Origin: an uncultured Phycisphaerales bacterium
GTDB taxonomy: Bacteria > Planctomycetota > Phycisphaerae > SM23-33 > FEN-1343
Assembly: GCA_963785635.1 (NCBI GenBank)
Contig: CAWAWB010000015.1
Span: 1 to 64,000, forward strand
Direction of reading: 5' to 3'
DNA: 64,000 nt
Part shown: positions 19,685 through 29,319 of the stretch, one piece after another
Layout: every line of letters starts with the position of its first letter
Position numbering within the stretch: position 1 is the first letter of the stretch
Position numbers and translations under genes: made by a program
Notes under the pieces: model-generated
Databases searched by the model: none
What the model was told of the DNA's origin: nothing
Seen by the model: only the letters and a program-made list of their open reading frames with translations

Positions 19685-22038
19685 TTATTTTCCCGCCGTC
19701 ACGCCCTCCACCTCGCGAATCACGGCGATGAGCGATTCGGAGCTGCCGGACTTGGTGAGATAGGCGCTGGCGCCGGCGCTCAGCATGGCGGCCGCGCGGT
19801 CGGCCTGGTCGTACATGGACAGGCCGATGATGTGGATATCCGGCTGCTCGGCATGGATGACTTTGGTGGCCTCCACACCGTCCATAATGGGCATGCTGGC
19901 GTCCATGAGGATGACATCCGGGTGCAACCGCCGCGCCTGGTTGACTGCCTCCTGGCCGTCGCCAGCCTCGCCCAGGATCTCGATATCCGGCTCCTCCCGA
20001 AGCAGCGTGGCCAGGCCCTGCCGCATCACGGCGTGATCATCGGCCAGCAGCACGGAGATTTTTTCGCCGGCCACACGATGCGCGGCGATCAGTTCCTGCT
20101 TCTCGCCATCGGTCAAGCCGACCGCCGCCTTCAACGACGCCTCCGCCTTGGCCGAAAGGCGGCTGGGCGCGATCAACGTCACGCGCGTGCCCTTGCCGGG
20201 GGCGCTGTCGATATCCAGGCAACCGCCCAGGAGGAAGAGCCGCTCGCGAATGGAGAACAGGCCGAACCCGCCGGTGGCGGATTCCTGGTCGCCGGCGATC
20301 TGCTGGGCATCCCTGAAGCCTTTGCCCTCGTCGCTCACGACAATCTCCACATAATCTTCATCCACGCGCGACAACTTCACGGTCGCCTTGTCCACGCCGG
20401 CGTGTTTGACCACGTTGAAGAGCAGCTCGCGTATGGATTGGAACAACAGGATCTGGAGGTCCTTGCGCTCGAGCTGAATGTCTTCGACGATCTCCAGGTG
20501 TACGCTGAGGCCGTGCTTTTCCTGCATCCAGCGCGCCAGCCATTCCAGACCGGCGATCAGGCCGGCCTCCTTCAGGATCGCCGGGGAGAGGCTCGGCCGT
20601 CAACGCGCGGCAGGTCCTGATCGATTCCTCCGCCAGTCCCATGGCGCGCTCCAACTTGCCCCGCAGCGCATCGCTGGCCTGGCGGAGAGATACCTCCAGG
20701 CCGAACTTGATGCCTACCAGGAGCTGCTGGAGATGATCGTGCAGCACCTGCGCCAGCCGCTGCCGCTCGGCCTGTTCCACCATGGTCAGTTCGGAAGCCA
20801 GGCGGGAAAGCTGCGCGCACCCGGTGCTGAAGCTCGCACGTGCGCTCCTGAACGCGATCCTCCAGCTCATTGCGTGCCTTGACCAGGGCATCCTGGGCCT
20901 GCTTGTAGGCGGTGATGTCCCGGATGGCCGTAAAGCGTGTGGAGGAATCGTATGGAAAAGGCTTTCCGTGAGTCTCCACGTAAATCGCAGAGCCGTCCTT
21001 GCACAGCATGGGATGGTCCAGGTGGCTCTCCAGACCCCGAGAGATATTGTGCATGATGCGAGCGCGATCCGGCGGCCGAACAAACCGGGCGATCGGCTGG
21101 CCAATCAGTTCCTCGCGCCGATACTTTAACATTCCGGCCAGTTGGTCATTGATATCCACGTACTTTCCGTGATGGATGATGGCAATACCTTCAAATGTGG
21201 CCTCCGCCAGGCGGCGAAAGCGTTCCTCGCTGCGCTGCACGGCCTCCTGGGCCTGCTTGAGAGCGGTGATGCATTGGGCGGTGCCCGTCATGCGCACCGG
21301 CCTGCCGGAGTCATCGTAAATAGCCCGGCCGCAGGCTAAGATCCAGTGGATGCTCCCATCATCGTGCATGGCGCGGAATTCAACCGAATAATAAGCATGG
21401 CGATGAATCGCCTCTTCAACGCTGGTGCGAACCTTAGGCACATCCTCAGGATGCACCCGGCTGAAAAACACCTCGTAGGACTTGGGCGTATCTGTCGGAA
21501 GCCCCAGCAGGCGGCTGGCCTGATCACCCCATTTCAGATCATTGCCGACCAGGTCCCAGTCCCATGTCCCCACTTCAGCGGCCTCGGTCGTCAGCCGCAG
21601 CCTTTCCTCACTACTGGCCAGCGACTCCTGCGCGGCGGTCCGTTCGGCGAGTTCCCGGGCCATCTCATCGCGGTGGATTATGGCTTGCCGGCGCGCGGAG
21701 CGAATAATGTGCCCAAAAAGCACAATAAACGTAAACAACACGAAGTACGTGACAACCGAGATCGCATCACCGACATCGACAAAAGTCCAGGTGTAGCGAG
21801 GTATGTCAAAAAAATAATCGCCCACAAAATAACCGAGGATACCGGCCAGAATGGATGGTCCCAGACTGCCGAACCAGGCTACGGCGACTACAGCCATCAG
21901 GAACATAAACAACGGCGCGCGCGGACCCAGATACGGGTCCAGCAGCAACCTCACCACAAAAGCGATTGCAACTGCCGAAATGGCCGCAAGATACCCCCCC
22001 ACCAGTGCACAAGCTTTGGATTTGCGCATTACACCCAC
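19685..22038 (-). CDS. hybrid sensor kinase (DUF4118-like membrane N-terminus, 2 x PAS, HisKA_3 H-box, HATPase_c, C-terminal receiver), two frame interruptions near 20583-20595 and 20812-20825
   Basis: Three overlapping minus-strand ORFs join into one protein: ...ELEDRVQERT | SELTMVEQAERQRLAQVLHDHLQQ | ...LIAGLEWLARWMQEKHGLSVHLE...NVVKHAG... + REC (ISVLLADDHAVMRQGL...). Confidence 0.75.
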
Positions 22039-22085
22039 ACCTAATTCTATATATTTTCACAGCCATGCGGGCAGGGCAAGGGGCG

Positions 22086-22238
22086 GGAATTTCAAAAGGC
22101 AAATTTCGAATTTCAAATTGGGCGTGGCCGAAGAATCGGATCCCTATTTGCAGAATTGAGCTTGATGTGGGTTGCATTGCAACAGGAGCTTCTGACATTG
22201 GTAAGCAAATTCAAAATCTGAGATTCGAAATTTGAAAT
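22086..22238. repeat. inverted pair of AATTTCA/AATTTCG heptamer arrays flanking a gttgcattgcaac palindrome
   Basis: Left gaatttcaaaaggcaaatttcgaatttcaaatt. Right gcaaattcaaaatctgagattcgaaatttgaaatc. Confidence 0.7.
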
Positions 22239-22257
22239 CAACAAAGGAAGGTCGTGC

Positions 22258-23631
22258 CTATTCTGTATTTGTCGTCCCTTTTTGAAGCGTCTCCACATCC
22301 GCCCCCGCCAGGGCCTCCAGTTCCACCAGGCGCTTCTCCCGCTCCGTGCGAACCTGGGCCACGAGCAGGCGCAGGTTTAAAAGCGTGCGCTGCGTGTCGA
22401 TCAGGTCCGAATAGCTGACCGTGCCGGCGGCATAGGCCTGGAGCGAACTGGTCATGGCTTCCTGAGCCAGCGGCAGGACCTCCTGCTCCAGCACGGCGGT
22501 CTGCTGCTCGGCATTGCGCATGAAATAGAGCGCGGCAATAAATGAGGCGGCACGGTCCAGCCGCATCTGGCGGGACGTGGCCCGCGACTCATCCAGCATG
22601 GCCTGGGCCTCGCTGATAGCCCCGCGGATGGCCGGAATATTCGTGGGCAGCATGAAGCCGGCGCCGACGTTTTGAGCGATCGAACCGGTAAAAGAGATTT
22701 GAGGGACAATATCGGGAATGTAGCGCAGCCGCGCAAGTTCCAGGGCCTCCTTGCGGCCGGCCACCTGGTGGGCCAGCTCGGCCAGTTCAGGATTTTCCGT
22801 AACGCCCAGGGCGATAAGCCGATCATCCGAGGCGACTTGCCGCGGCGGCGGCAAATTGGCTGGAAGTTCCAAGGGCTCTTCAGGAATGCGGCAAAGCACG
22901 GCATTCAAGACCGCCTGCCGGCCTTTTACCTGCGCCTGCATCGTCGCCAGTTCATTTTGGGCCAGGCGATATTCTATCTGCACCTTGAGCAGGTCCTGCT
23001 GGGGGCTGCCCGCCTCGACGCGCGATCTGGCGGACTGAACCAACTGGCCCAGCAGGTCCACGTTATCCTGCTGGATGCGAAGCTGCTCCTCCATCAGCGC
23101 CAGCTCGTAGTACATGTCCAACACCCGCCGCTGGAGATCGAATTTTGCGCGGCGGAAATGCTCGGCCGCCGCGCGGGCCTCCTCCAGGGCCACTTTGCCG
23201 GCCTGGCGGGTCTTGGTGGGGAACTGGAGCGTCACTGAGGGATCGAAGGTTGCGCCCAGGGTGGTGCGATCCCAGCTTTTGATGTTCCCGCCGGAGAACA
23301 GGTAGTTATAGGTGACCATGCCGTTGCTGTTGGGCCAGGAGGCGGCCTGATCGATGCGAGCCACCGCCGCGCGCCATTGGTCGTAGGAGGCTTCAAGATC
23401 CCCATTGGCCAAAAAAGCGCGGCGGAGCACATCCTCCCAGCCGGCCGGGGTGGGCAGCGGCGGGATTTCACGCTTCTCCACCGGCTGGGCAAATTGCCCC
23501 TGCTGGTTGCGAAGCCTTTCCCGCTCCTGTGCGCGGCCGCGCGGGACGAGGATGCAGCCGGGCAAGAGCAGAAGGATTATGACAGGCAACAGGAGCTTTC
23601 TAATCGCGTACATAAGAGATGATGCAAGCAT
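22258..23631 (-). CDS. TolC-like outer-membrane efflux protein (OEP family), lipoprotein-type signal
   Basis: 457 aa with a two-repeat OEP architecture. N-terminus LLLLPGC. Confidence 0.75.
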   Translation of the reverse strand: MLASSLMYAIRKLLLPVIILLLLPGCILVPRGRAQERERLRNQQGQFAQPVEKREIPPLPTPAGWEDVLRRAFLANGDLEASYDQWRAAVARIDQAASWPNSNGMVTYNYLFSGGNIKSWDRTTLGATFDPSVTLQFPTKTRQAGKVALEEARAAAEHFRRAKFDLQRRVLDMYYELALMEEQLRIQQDNVDLLGQLVQSARSRVEAGSPQQDLLKVQIEYRLAQNELATMQAQVKGRQAVLNAVLCRIPEEPLELPANLPPPRQVASDDRLIALGVTENPELAELAHQVAGRKEALELARLRYIPDIVPQISFTGSIAQNVGAGFMLPTNIPAIRGAISEAQAMLDESRATSRQMRLDRAASFIAALYFMRNAEQQTAVLEQEVLPLAQEAMTSSLQAYAAGTVSYSDLIDTQRTLLNLRLLVAQVRTEREKRLVELEALAGADVETLQKGTTNTE

Positions 23632-23785
23632 CGTGTTTGCCCTGCCGCCAGCCGTCCGGGTGAAAGAGACGCAACTCCTGTTGGCATCGTAACCTGTGCG
23701 AACCTACTCCTTCAAGTCCCCCATCTAAACGACCCAGGAGGACTGAAGGTTCCATTGAAAGGCCTTCTCCAGCCAACAAGCGGGG

Positions 23786-23877
23786 CACAAAGAGCACCAA
23801 GGACACCAAGAGCACGAAGAGTAATGAAAAAGCTTCTTTCTTGGTGCTCTTTGTGATCTTGGTGTGCTTGGTGTTAA
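23786..23877. repeat. inverted pair of CACCAAG-type heptamer arrays (same unit family as 29083-29162)
   Basis: Left cacaaagagcaccaaggacaccaagagcacgaagag. Right ctttcttggtgctctttgtgatcttggtgtgcttggtgtt. Confidence 0.75.
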
Positions 23878-24077
23878 AGCTTTTTCGCAACGAGACTTGT
23901 ATATAGGCTGGGCTTAGTTTACCCATCCTCTACAGACTGTGTAGTTTATGTATTTTACCTATTTTAACATTTTGCTTGTAGTTATTTTGCCCAGTCTACC
24001 GATCCTACCCATGTTACGCAACTTACCCAGTTTAACAGGAACCGAAAAAACTGGCCTCGCGGCCGCGAATAAGAAAG

Positions 24078-24821
24078 GTGGAGCAAATGGAAATCGTGGA
24101 AGTCTTCAAGCAGTACCTGGAGCATCTGTTCGAAGGCAAGCGGTGCGAGGCCCGAGAACTGATCATGGCGGCTCAGGACCGCGGCGTGCCCTCCAATACG
24201 CTGCTTTTGAGCGTGGTGTGGCCGGCCATGGAGCAGATCGAAAAACTGTATCGCGAAGGGCAGATCAGCCGGATCACCGAGCACATGGCCACGCGGATCA
24301 ATCGCCTGGTGGCCGACCAGCTCCAGGGCTGCATGGCCCGCAAGCCCAAGAGCGGCAAGCGCATGATCGTGGTGTGCGGCGACGGCGAGAGCGAGGAACT
24401 GGGCGCGCAGATGACCAGCGACCTGTTCGAGGTGGAAGGCTGGCACGTGTGGTTCCTGGGCTCGGGCGTACCCGAGGATGAGGTGCTCCAGCTCGTGGGC
24501 CAGCTCGAACCGGATATCCTGTGCCTGTATGGCACGACCCCGCGCGGCGTACCGGGCGTGCGGCGGCTGATCGACACGGTCCGCGGCATCAATGCCGTCC
24601 CCAATATGCAGGTGCTGACGCTGGGCGGCGTGTTCGGCCGCGCGGAAGGGCTGGCCGAGGAAGTACACGCCGACCTGTTCGCCCGCAACGTCCGCGAGGC
24701 GCTCAATCTGGTGGATGATCATCCCATTCGCATCGCCCAGGCGGATGTCCCGCAGCCGGGCCGCCGCCGCAAGCGGAAACGCACGGGCACGCCGGCGACG
24801 AGCCTGGCGGCCGCGGATTAA
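24078..24821 (+). CDS. cobalamin-binding-domain-like protein (B12-binding_2 helical cap plus Rossmann-like B12-binding fold), canonical DxHxxG His not evident
   Basis: Domain order and motif context (MIVVCGDGESEELGAQMTSDLFEVEGWHVWFLGSGVPEDEV). Arg/Lys-rich C-terminal tail. Confidence 0.45.
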   Translation: MEQMEIVEVFKQYLEHLFEGKRCEARELIMAAQDRGVPSNTLLLSVVWPAMEQIEKLYREGQISRITEHMATRINRLVADQLQGCMARKPKSGKRMIVVCGDGESEELGAQMTSDLFEVEGWHVWFLGSGVPEDEVLQLVGQLEPDILCLYGTTPRGVPGVRRLIDTVRGINAVPNMQVLTLGGVFGRAEGLAEEVHADLFARNVREALNLVDDHPIRIAQADVPQPGRRRKRKRTGTPATSLAAAD

Positions 24822-24860
24822 AGCGGCCGTTCGGAAAAAGCAATCTTGAGCAGAAATGCA

Positions 24861-24892
24861 GAGACCACCTGATTGGGGTGGTCTCTTTTTTT
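24861..24892 (+). terminator. rho-independent terminator (gagaccacc-tgattgg-ggtggtctc + TTTTTTT)
   Basis: Perfect 9-bp stem followed by a 7-T run directly after 24078..24821. Confidence 0.85.
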
Positions 24893-24937
24893 GGGGCTTA
24901 CGGCTCACGGCTTAGGGCTTAGGCAGACCAAGAAACA

Positions 24938-25082
24938 GCGAATATCGAATGTCGAACACGGAATGTCGAATGTTGAAGTGAAGATTCGCCGTTGAGCCGC
25001 CCGCTGGAGGAAGGAGGCGCTCACCTCCGACTTCATCATTCGAAATTCCTTGTTCGATATTCGATATTTCCTTTCGATTCAA
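24938..25082. repeat. inverted pair of TGTCGAA/TATCGAA heptamer arrays
   Basis: Left gcgaatatcgaatgtcgaacacggaatgtcgaatgttgaag.... Right ...attcgaaattccttgttcgatattcgatatttcctttcgattc. Confidence 0.75.
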
Positions 25083-25186
25083 CGCCGCCGTGACTTGGCC
25101 AACCCGGCTTTTCGCTCCCGGGGTTGCCTAAGCCCCATTGGGCCCTTCTGCTTGACAATTCCTCCAACTGCGGTTGCACTAGCCGC

Positions 25187-26330
25187 ATGAGCGACGCTCA
25201 AAGGCCCACAATCTTCCTCACCGCCGCGGAAACCAGCGGCGACATGCACGGCGCAAACCTCATCCGCGCGCTATCTGCGCGGCTGCCGGATGCGCATTTT
25301 GTCGGCGTCGGGGGTCCTGAGATGCGCGCGGCCGGATGCGAGCTTTTAGAGGATGTGGTCGCGCACGCGGCCATGGGGCTGGATGCGGCGGTGAAGTTCC
25401 CCTACTTTCGCCGCGTGATCAAGACTGTGGCCAAAGAGATGGCCGCGCGGCGGGCCAGCGTGCTTGTACCTATCGATTCGCCCGGCCTGAACTGGCACAT
25501 GGCGAAGGCGGCGAAAAAGCTGGGGGTGCCGGTGATGTATTACGTCTCGCCGCAGGTGTGGGCCTGGGCGCCGTGGCGCGTGAAAAAGATGCGCAGGCTG
25601 ACGAATCACGTGGCCTGCCTGCTGCCCTTTGAGCAGGAATACCTGCGCGCCTGCGGCGTGGCAGCCACGTTTGTGGGCCACCCGATGTTCGATCATTTGC
25701 CCGCGCGGTCTGCGCAGCCGCGGCAGAATTCCTGAGGATGGGAGTTGGCGGATTTTGCTGCTGCCCGGCAGCCGCAAAAAAGAAATTCTGCGGCACGCGG
25801 CGGCCATGGGGGGGGCGGCGGCCACGATCCGGCAAGCATTTCCCAAGGCGACTTTGCAGATGGCCGTGGCGGACAGCCGCGCGGCGGAGCTGGCGAAGGA
25901 AAAGTTGGGCGGTGATATCCCTATCATTTCGGGGAGAACTTACGAGTTGCTGGCGGGGGCGGATTTTGCCATCGCGGTCTCGGGCACGGTGACGCTGGAG
26001 GCGGCGTACCTGGGCGTGCCGATGGTTATCTGCTACCGCGCAAACCGCGTGGTCTTTGAGCTCTTCCGCCACACGCTGGCTTCCACGCGGTATTTTTCGC
26101 TGCCGAATATTCTGGCGGGGTGCGAGCTCGTGCCGGAGCTGATGCCTTGGAACGGCCGCGCGGAGGCGATTTCGGCGGCGGCTTTGCACTTGCTCGGCAA
26201 TCCGCAGGGACTGCTGGAAGTTTCCCACAAGCTGATGCAGTTGGCCGATCCTTTGAAAGAGCCGCTCTCCAAGCCAACCTGTCAGGCGGTGGCCGAGCTG
26301 GTAATCCAGACGATGCGCGCTGGAGCGTAG
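25187..26330 (+). CDS. lpxB: lipid-A-disaccharide synthase, frame interrupted near 25720-25730
   Basis: N-terminus IFLTAAETSGDMHGANLIRAL. C-terminal ILLLPGSRKKEILRH motif in the second frame. Confidence 0.8.
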
Positions 26331-26658
26331 CGGCCACCTGCACATCTTCAGATTAATGCTGAGCGGTTGGTCGGTCAGCAGGCTCAGGGCACGCTAGGGA
26401 ATTTTTTGCCACTTGGGTAAGACCCTTCAAGCACCTCGCTGAAACTCCTTTGCGCCCCGCCAGATACTGCCGCGCCAATTTTTTTGGGCGGATGAGGATT
26501 TGGCGGGTGAGACAGTAACAATTGTTATGCAGACACCCGGCAGTGGTGCACGAATGCCGGAGGTAGTTAAACAGGCATTGGGACTGCAAGGGGCCTGGCA
26601 CTTGGAAAGTAGTTCTTCCAACAAACGCAGGCTGAATGCGGCCCAAAGGAGTACATAT

Positions 26659-27741
26659 ATGAAAGCGTGCTTAAAGATACCCGTGACAGGAGCGCTGCTG
26701 GCGCTGCCGCTGGCGGTATGCGCCTTCGGCCAGAGCACCAGACCCCAAGATTCGCCCGCCAAAGATCCGCCCAGCATATCCGGCCTGCGCGCCGAGGCGG
26801 ACAGGGTGATTGCCAATGCCAAGGCCACCGATCCGACGCTTGATCCTTTTTTCACCAACTCCAGGGGTTATGTGGTTTTTCCGAAGGTCGGCAAGGGTGG
26901 ATTCATTTTTGGCGGGGCTTTCGGCAAGGGACTGCTGTATGAGAATGGCGTTCCCACGGCCTATGTCGAGATGACGCAGGGCACCGTGGGCGGACAGATC
27001 GGCGGGCAGAAGTTCAGCGAGCTGATCTTCTTTGAGACCAATGATGCGCTGCAAAAATTCAAGACGAGTGAATGGGCCATGACTGCGCAGGCCACGGCCG
27101 TGGCGCTTGAATCGGGCAGGGCCAAAAACGCGAAGTACACCGAGGGCGTGGCGGTCTTTACGCTGGCGCCCAAGGGGTTGATGGCGGAGGCGGTGGTAGG
27201 CGGACAGAAGTTCAAGATCCGGTCGATCATTGAATCTTCAGCTCCGAGCGCGGCAGCGGATGTGTGTCCGCCGGATCTTCGGGCCAGGGCTGACAACACA
27301 ATCGCCGATGCCAAGGCCATGGATTCCTGGCTGAAGCAGTATTTCAGCAGTTCCGCGGGGTATGTTGTTTTTCCCACTGTCGGCAAGGGCGGGCTGGTGG
27401 CTGGGGCCGCGTACGGCAAGGGCATTCTCTATGAGAAGGGCGTGCCCAAGGCCTGCGTGACCTTGACCCAGGGCACGGTCGGGGCCCAGGCCGGCGGGCA
27501 GGAGTACAGCGAGCTCATTTTCTTCGACAGCCAGCAGTCTGTGGACAAGTTCAAGGCCGGCAATTACACGCTGGACGCCCAGGCCAGCGCCGTGGCCATC
27601 AAGAGCGGCGCCGCGGCCAACGCCAGCTACAGGCATGGGGTGGCGATCTTTACGCTGGCGCCCAAGGGATTAATGGCGGAGGCGGCGGTAGGCGGGCAGA
27701 AATTCAACGTGCTCCCGCTTAACACCGAGGCCGCCCGCTGA
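26659..27741 (+). CDS. lipoprotein with two tandem SYLF/Ysc84-like (DUF500) domains
   Basis: Internal duplication, each copy carrying YVVFPKVGKGG...G.GKG.LYE.G.P.A...TQGTVG.Q.GGQ..SELIFF......KFK...AQA.AVA..SG...NA.Y..GVAIFTLAPKGLMAEA.VGGQKF. Signal peptide plus Cys. Confidence 0.5.
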   Translation: MKACLKIPVTGALLALPLAVCAFGQSTRPQDSPAKDPPSISGLRAEADRVIANAKATDPTLDPFFTNSRGYVVFPKVGKGGFIFGGAFGKGLLYENGVPTAYVEMTQGTVGGQIGGQKFSELIFFETNDALQKFKTSEWAMTAQATAVALESGRAKNAKYTEGVAVFTLAPKGLMAEAVVGGQKFKIRSIIESSAPSAAADVCPPDLRARADNTIADAKAMDSWLKQYFSSSAGYVVFPTVGKGGLVAGAAYGKGILYEKGVPKACVTLTQGTVGAQAGGQEYSELIFFDSQQSVDKFKAGNYTLDAQASAVAIKSGAAANASYRHGVAIFTLAPKGLMAEAAVGGQKFNVLPLNTEAAR

Positions 27742-27873
27742 CGGATAGAAACTTCGCTTTAACATTTTGGGGATGAGTTTCACAGGGCTGCCGGATGCCT
27801 TGCATTTGGGCAATCGGGGATCGGTTCCTCGCAAGCCGCACGGCCGATCGGCAGACCAATGGGGAGTTAGCTC

Positions 27874-28116
27874 ATGTGTAGGTTATGGAAAGTAATAGTG
27901 GTTTCGTTAGTAGCTCTGCAAATGGCGGCGTGCTCCTGTTGTGCCCCCAAGCATGAGGCCACGGCCTCGACATGCGGGACATGCTCGACGCCGCCCAAGA
28001 GCACGTGCCAGCAGCAGCCCAAGAGCACGTGCGCACCTTCGCCCAGCAGTACGTGCCCGCCCAGCGCTGCTTCGCCGGAAGTTGCCGCGGCGGACAATTC
28101 GGGGATGAGCCAGTAG
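27874..28116 (+). CDS. small Cys-rich lipoprotein-like peptide (80 aa) with KSTC/STC repeats; resembles the N-terminal leader of the 28290 SYLF lipoprotein
   Basis: Signal-like N-terminus followed by MAACSCC. Repeats ...STCGTCSTPPKSTCQQQPKSTCAPSPSSTC. Confidence 0.35.
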   Translation: MCRLWKVIVVSLVALQMAACSCCAPKHEATASTCGTCSTPPKSTCQQQPKSTCAPSPSSTCPPSAASPEVAAADNSGMSQ

Positions 28117-28289
28117 GCCGTCCTGGGTTTGGAAACAGGTTCACGTTCCTGGCGCGGCCGCGGGGTGGGGCCACGATCAGGTACATCTGGTCACCCCAGG
28201 TCAGAAGGGGCTCTTCGACCGGCTTGCACACGGGAGCAGTTCCGTAAGAGGCAGGACAGGTTGACAGCCCAGTGACAGGAGTGCAATGT

Positions 28290-28931
28290 ATGAGCAACGT
28301 ATTGAAGATCCTTTTAGTGGCATTGGCCGTGGTGCCGCTGGCCGCCTGCGGCTGTTGTGGCAGTTGCTGCGGGCACCATGAGACGGCCAAGTCGACGTGT
28401 GGTGCACCGCCTCCCTGTGCTGCACAGAATCCGCCTCCCTGCCCGGCTAACCCGTGCCCGGCGGAGCTGCGGGCTGATGCGGACCGGGCGATTGCCGATG
28501 CCAAGGCGGCGGATCCCTCGCTGGATTGCTATTTCCAGAATTCCGCGGGCTATGCCGTATTTCCCAAGGTCGGCAAGGGCGGCCTGGTGGTCGGCGGCGC
28601 TCATGGCAAGGGCGTGCTGTATGAGCATGGCACTCCCACGGCCTGCGCGGACATGACGCAAGCCACCGTGGGCGCACAGGCCGGCGGCCAGGAGTACAGT
28701 GAGATTATCTTCTTTGAAACGCAGGATTCCCTGAATCGTTTCAAGCAGGGTAAGTACACGACCAGCGCCCAGGCCTCGGCGGTCGCGCTGCAAAGCGGCG
28801 CGGCATCCAATGCCAGGTACGAGCACGGGGTGGCCATCTTTACGTGGTGCGCCTCGGGAATGATGGCTGAAGCATCGGTAGGCGGACAGAAGTTCACCAT
28901 CTATCCGATGCGCGAAACCGGCATGGGCTAG
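28290..28931 (+). CDS. single-domain SYLF/Ysc84-like lipoprotein with a Cys/Pro-rich N-terminal region
   Basis: Same domain signature as 26659..27741. N-terminus LAACGCCGSCCGHHETAKSTCGAPPPCAAQNPPPCPANPCP. Confidence 0.5.
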   Translation: MSNVLKILLVALAVVPLAACGCCGSCCGHHETAKSTCGAPPPCAAQNPPPCPANPCPAELRADADRAIADAKAADPSLDCYFQNSAGYAVFPKVGKGGLVVGGAHGKGVLYEHGTPTACADMTQATVGAQAGGQEYSEIIFFETQDSLNRFKQGKYTTSAQASAVALQSGAASNARYEHGVAIFTWCASGMMAEASVGGQKFTIYPMRETGMG

Positions 28932-29082
28932 GTCTGGCTGATTTGACTTCGGACCCGGCGGCAGCCTTCATGTCCGAGATGTGCAGGACATGAAGACTGC
29001 CGTCGTTGTTTTTTTGGCATAGGACTTAGGGCTCAGGGTTTTGCAGCAAGGCCGGCTTTGCGCGGGCTAGCGCAAAAGTCAA

Positions 29083-29162
29083 AACACCAAGAACACCAAG
29101 CTCACCAAGAGCACCAAAAAGAGTATTTGGAATTGTTTAGTGTCCTTGGCGCTCTTGGTGAT
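29083..29162. repeat. inverted pair of CACCAAG-type arrays
   Basis: Left aacaccaagaacaccaagctcaccaagagcaccaaa. Right tagtgtccttggcgctcttggtgat. Confidence 0.75.
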
Positions 29163-29319
29163 TCAGAGCGTTTACCCCCAAGGCGCCGGTGTGTCGGCCT
29201 AAGCCCTAAGCCCGCAGCCCTAAGCCCTGCTTCCAATTCCGCTTTTCCCCTCCCGCGCTTACGGCTATAATCGCCGCTCTAACACCTTAACGATCCGCCC
29301 CTTTCAGGAGATTCGCGCC

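Noticed and set aside
26427-26520. Terminator after lpxB (gccgcgccaatttttttgggcgg)
   Set aside because: It contains a T7 run, but the flanking complementarity is only 4-5 bp, so it is not a convincing stem.
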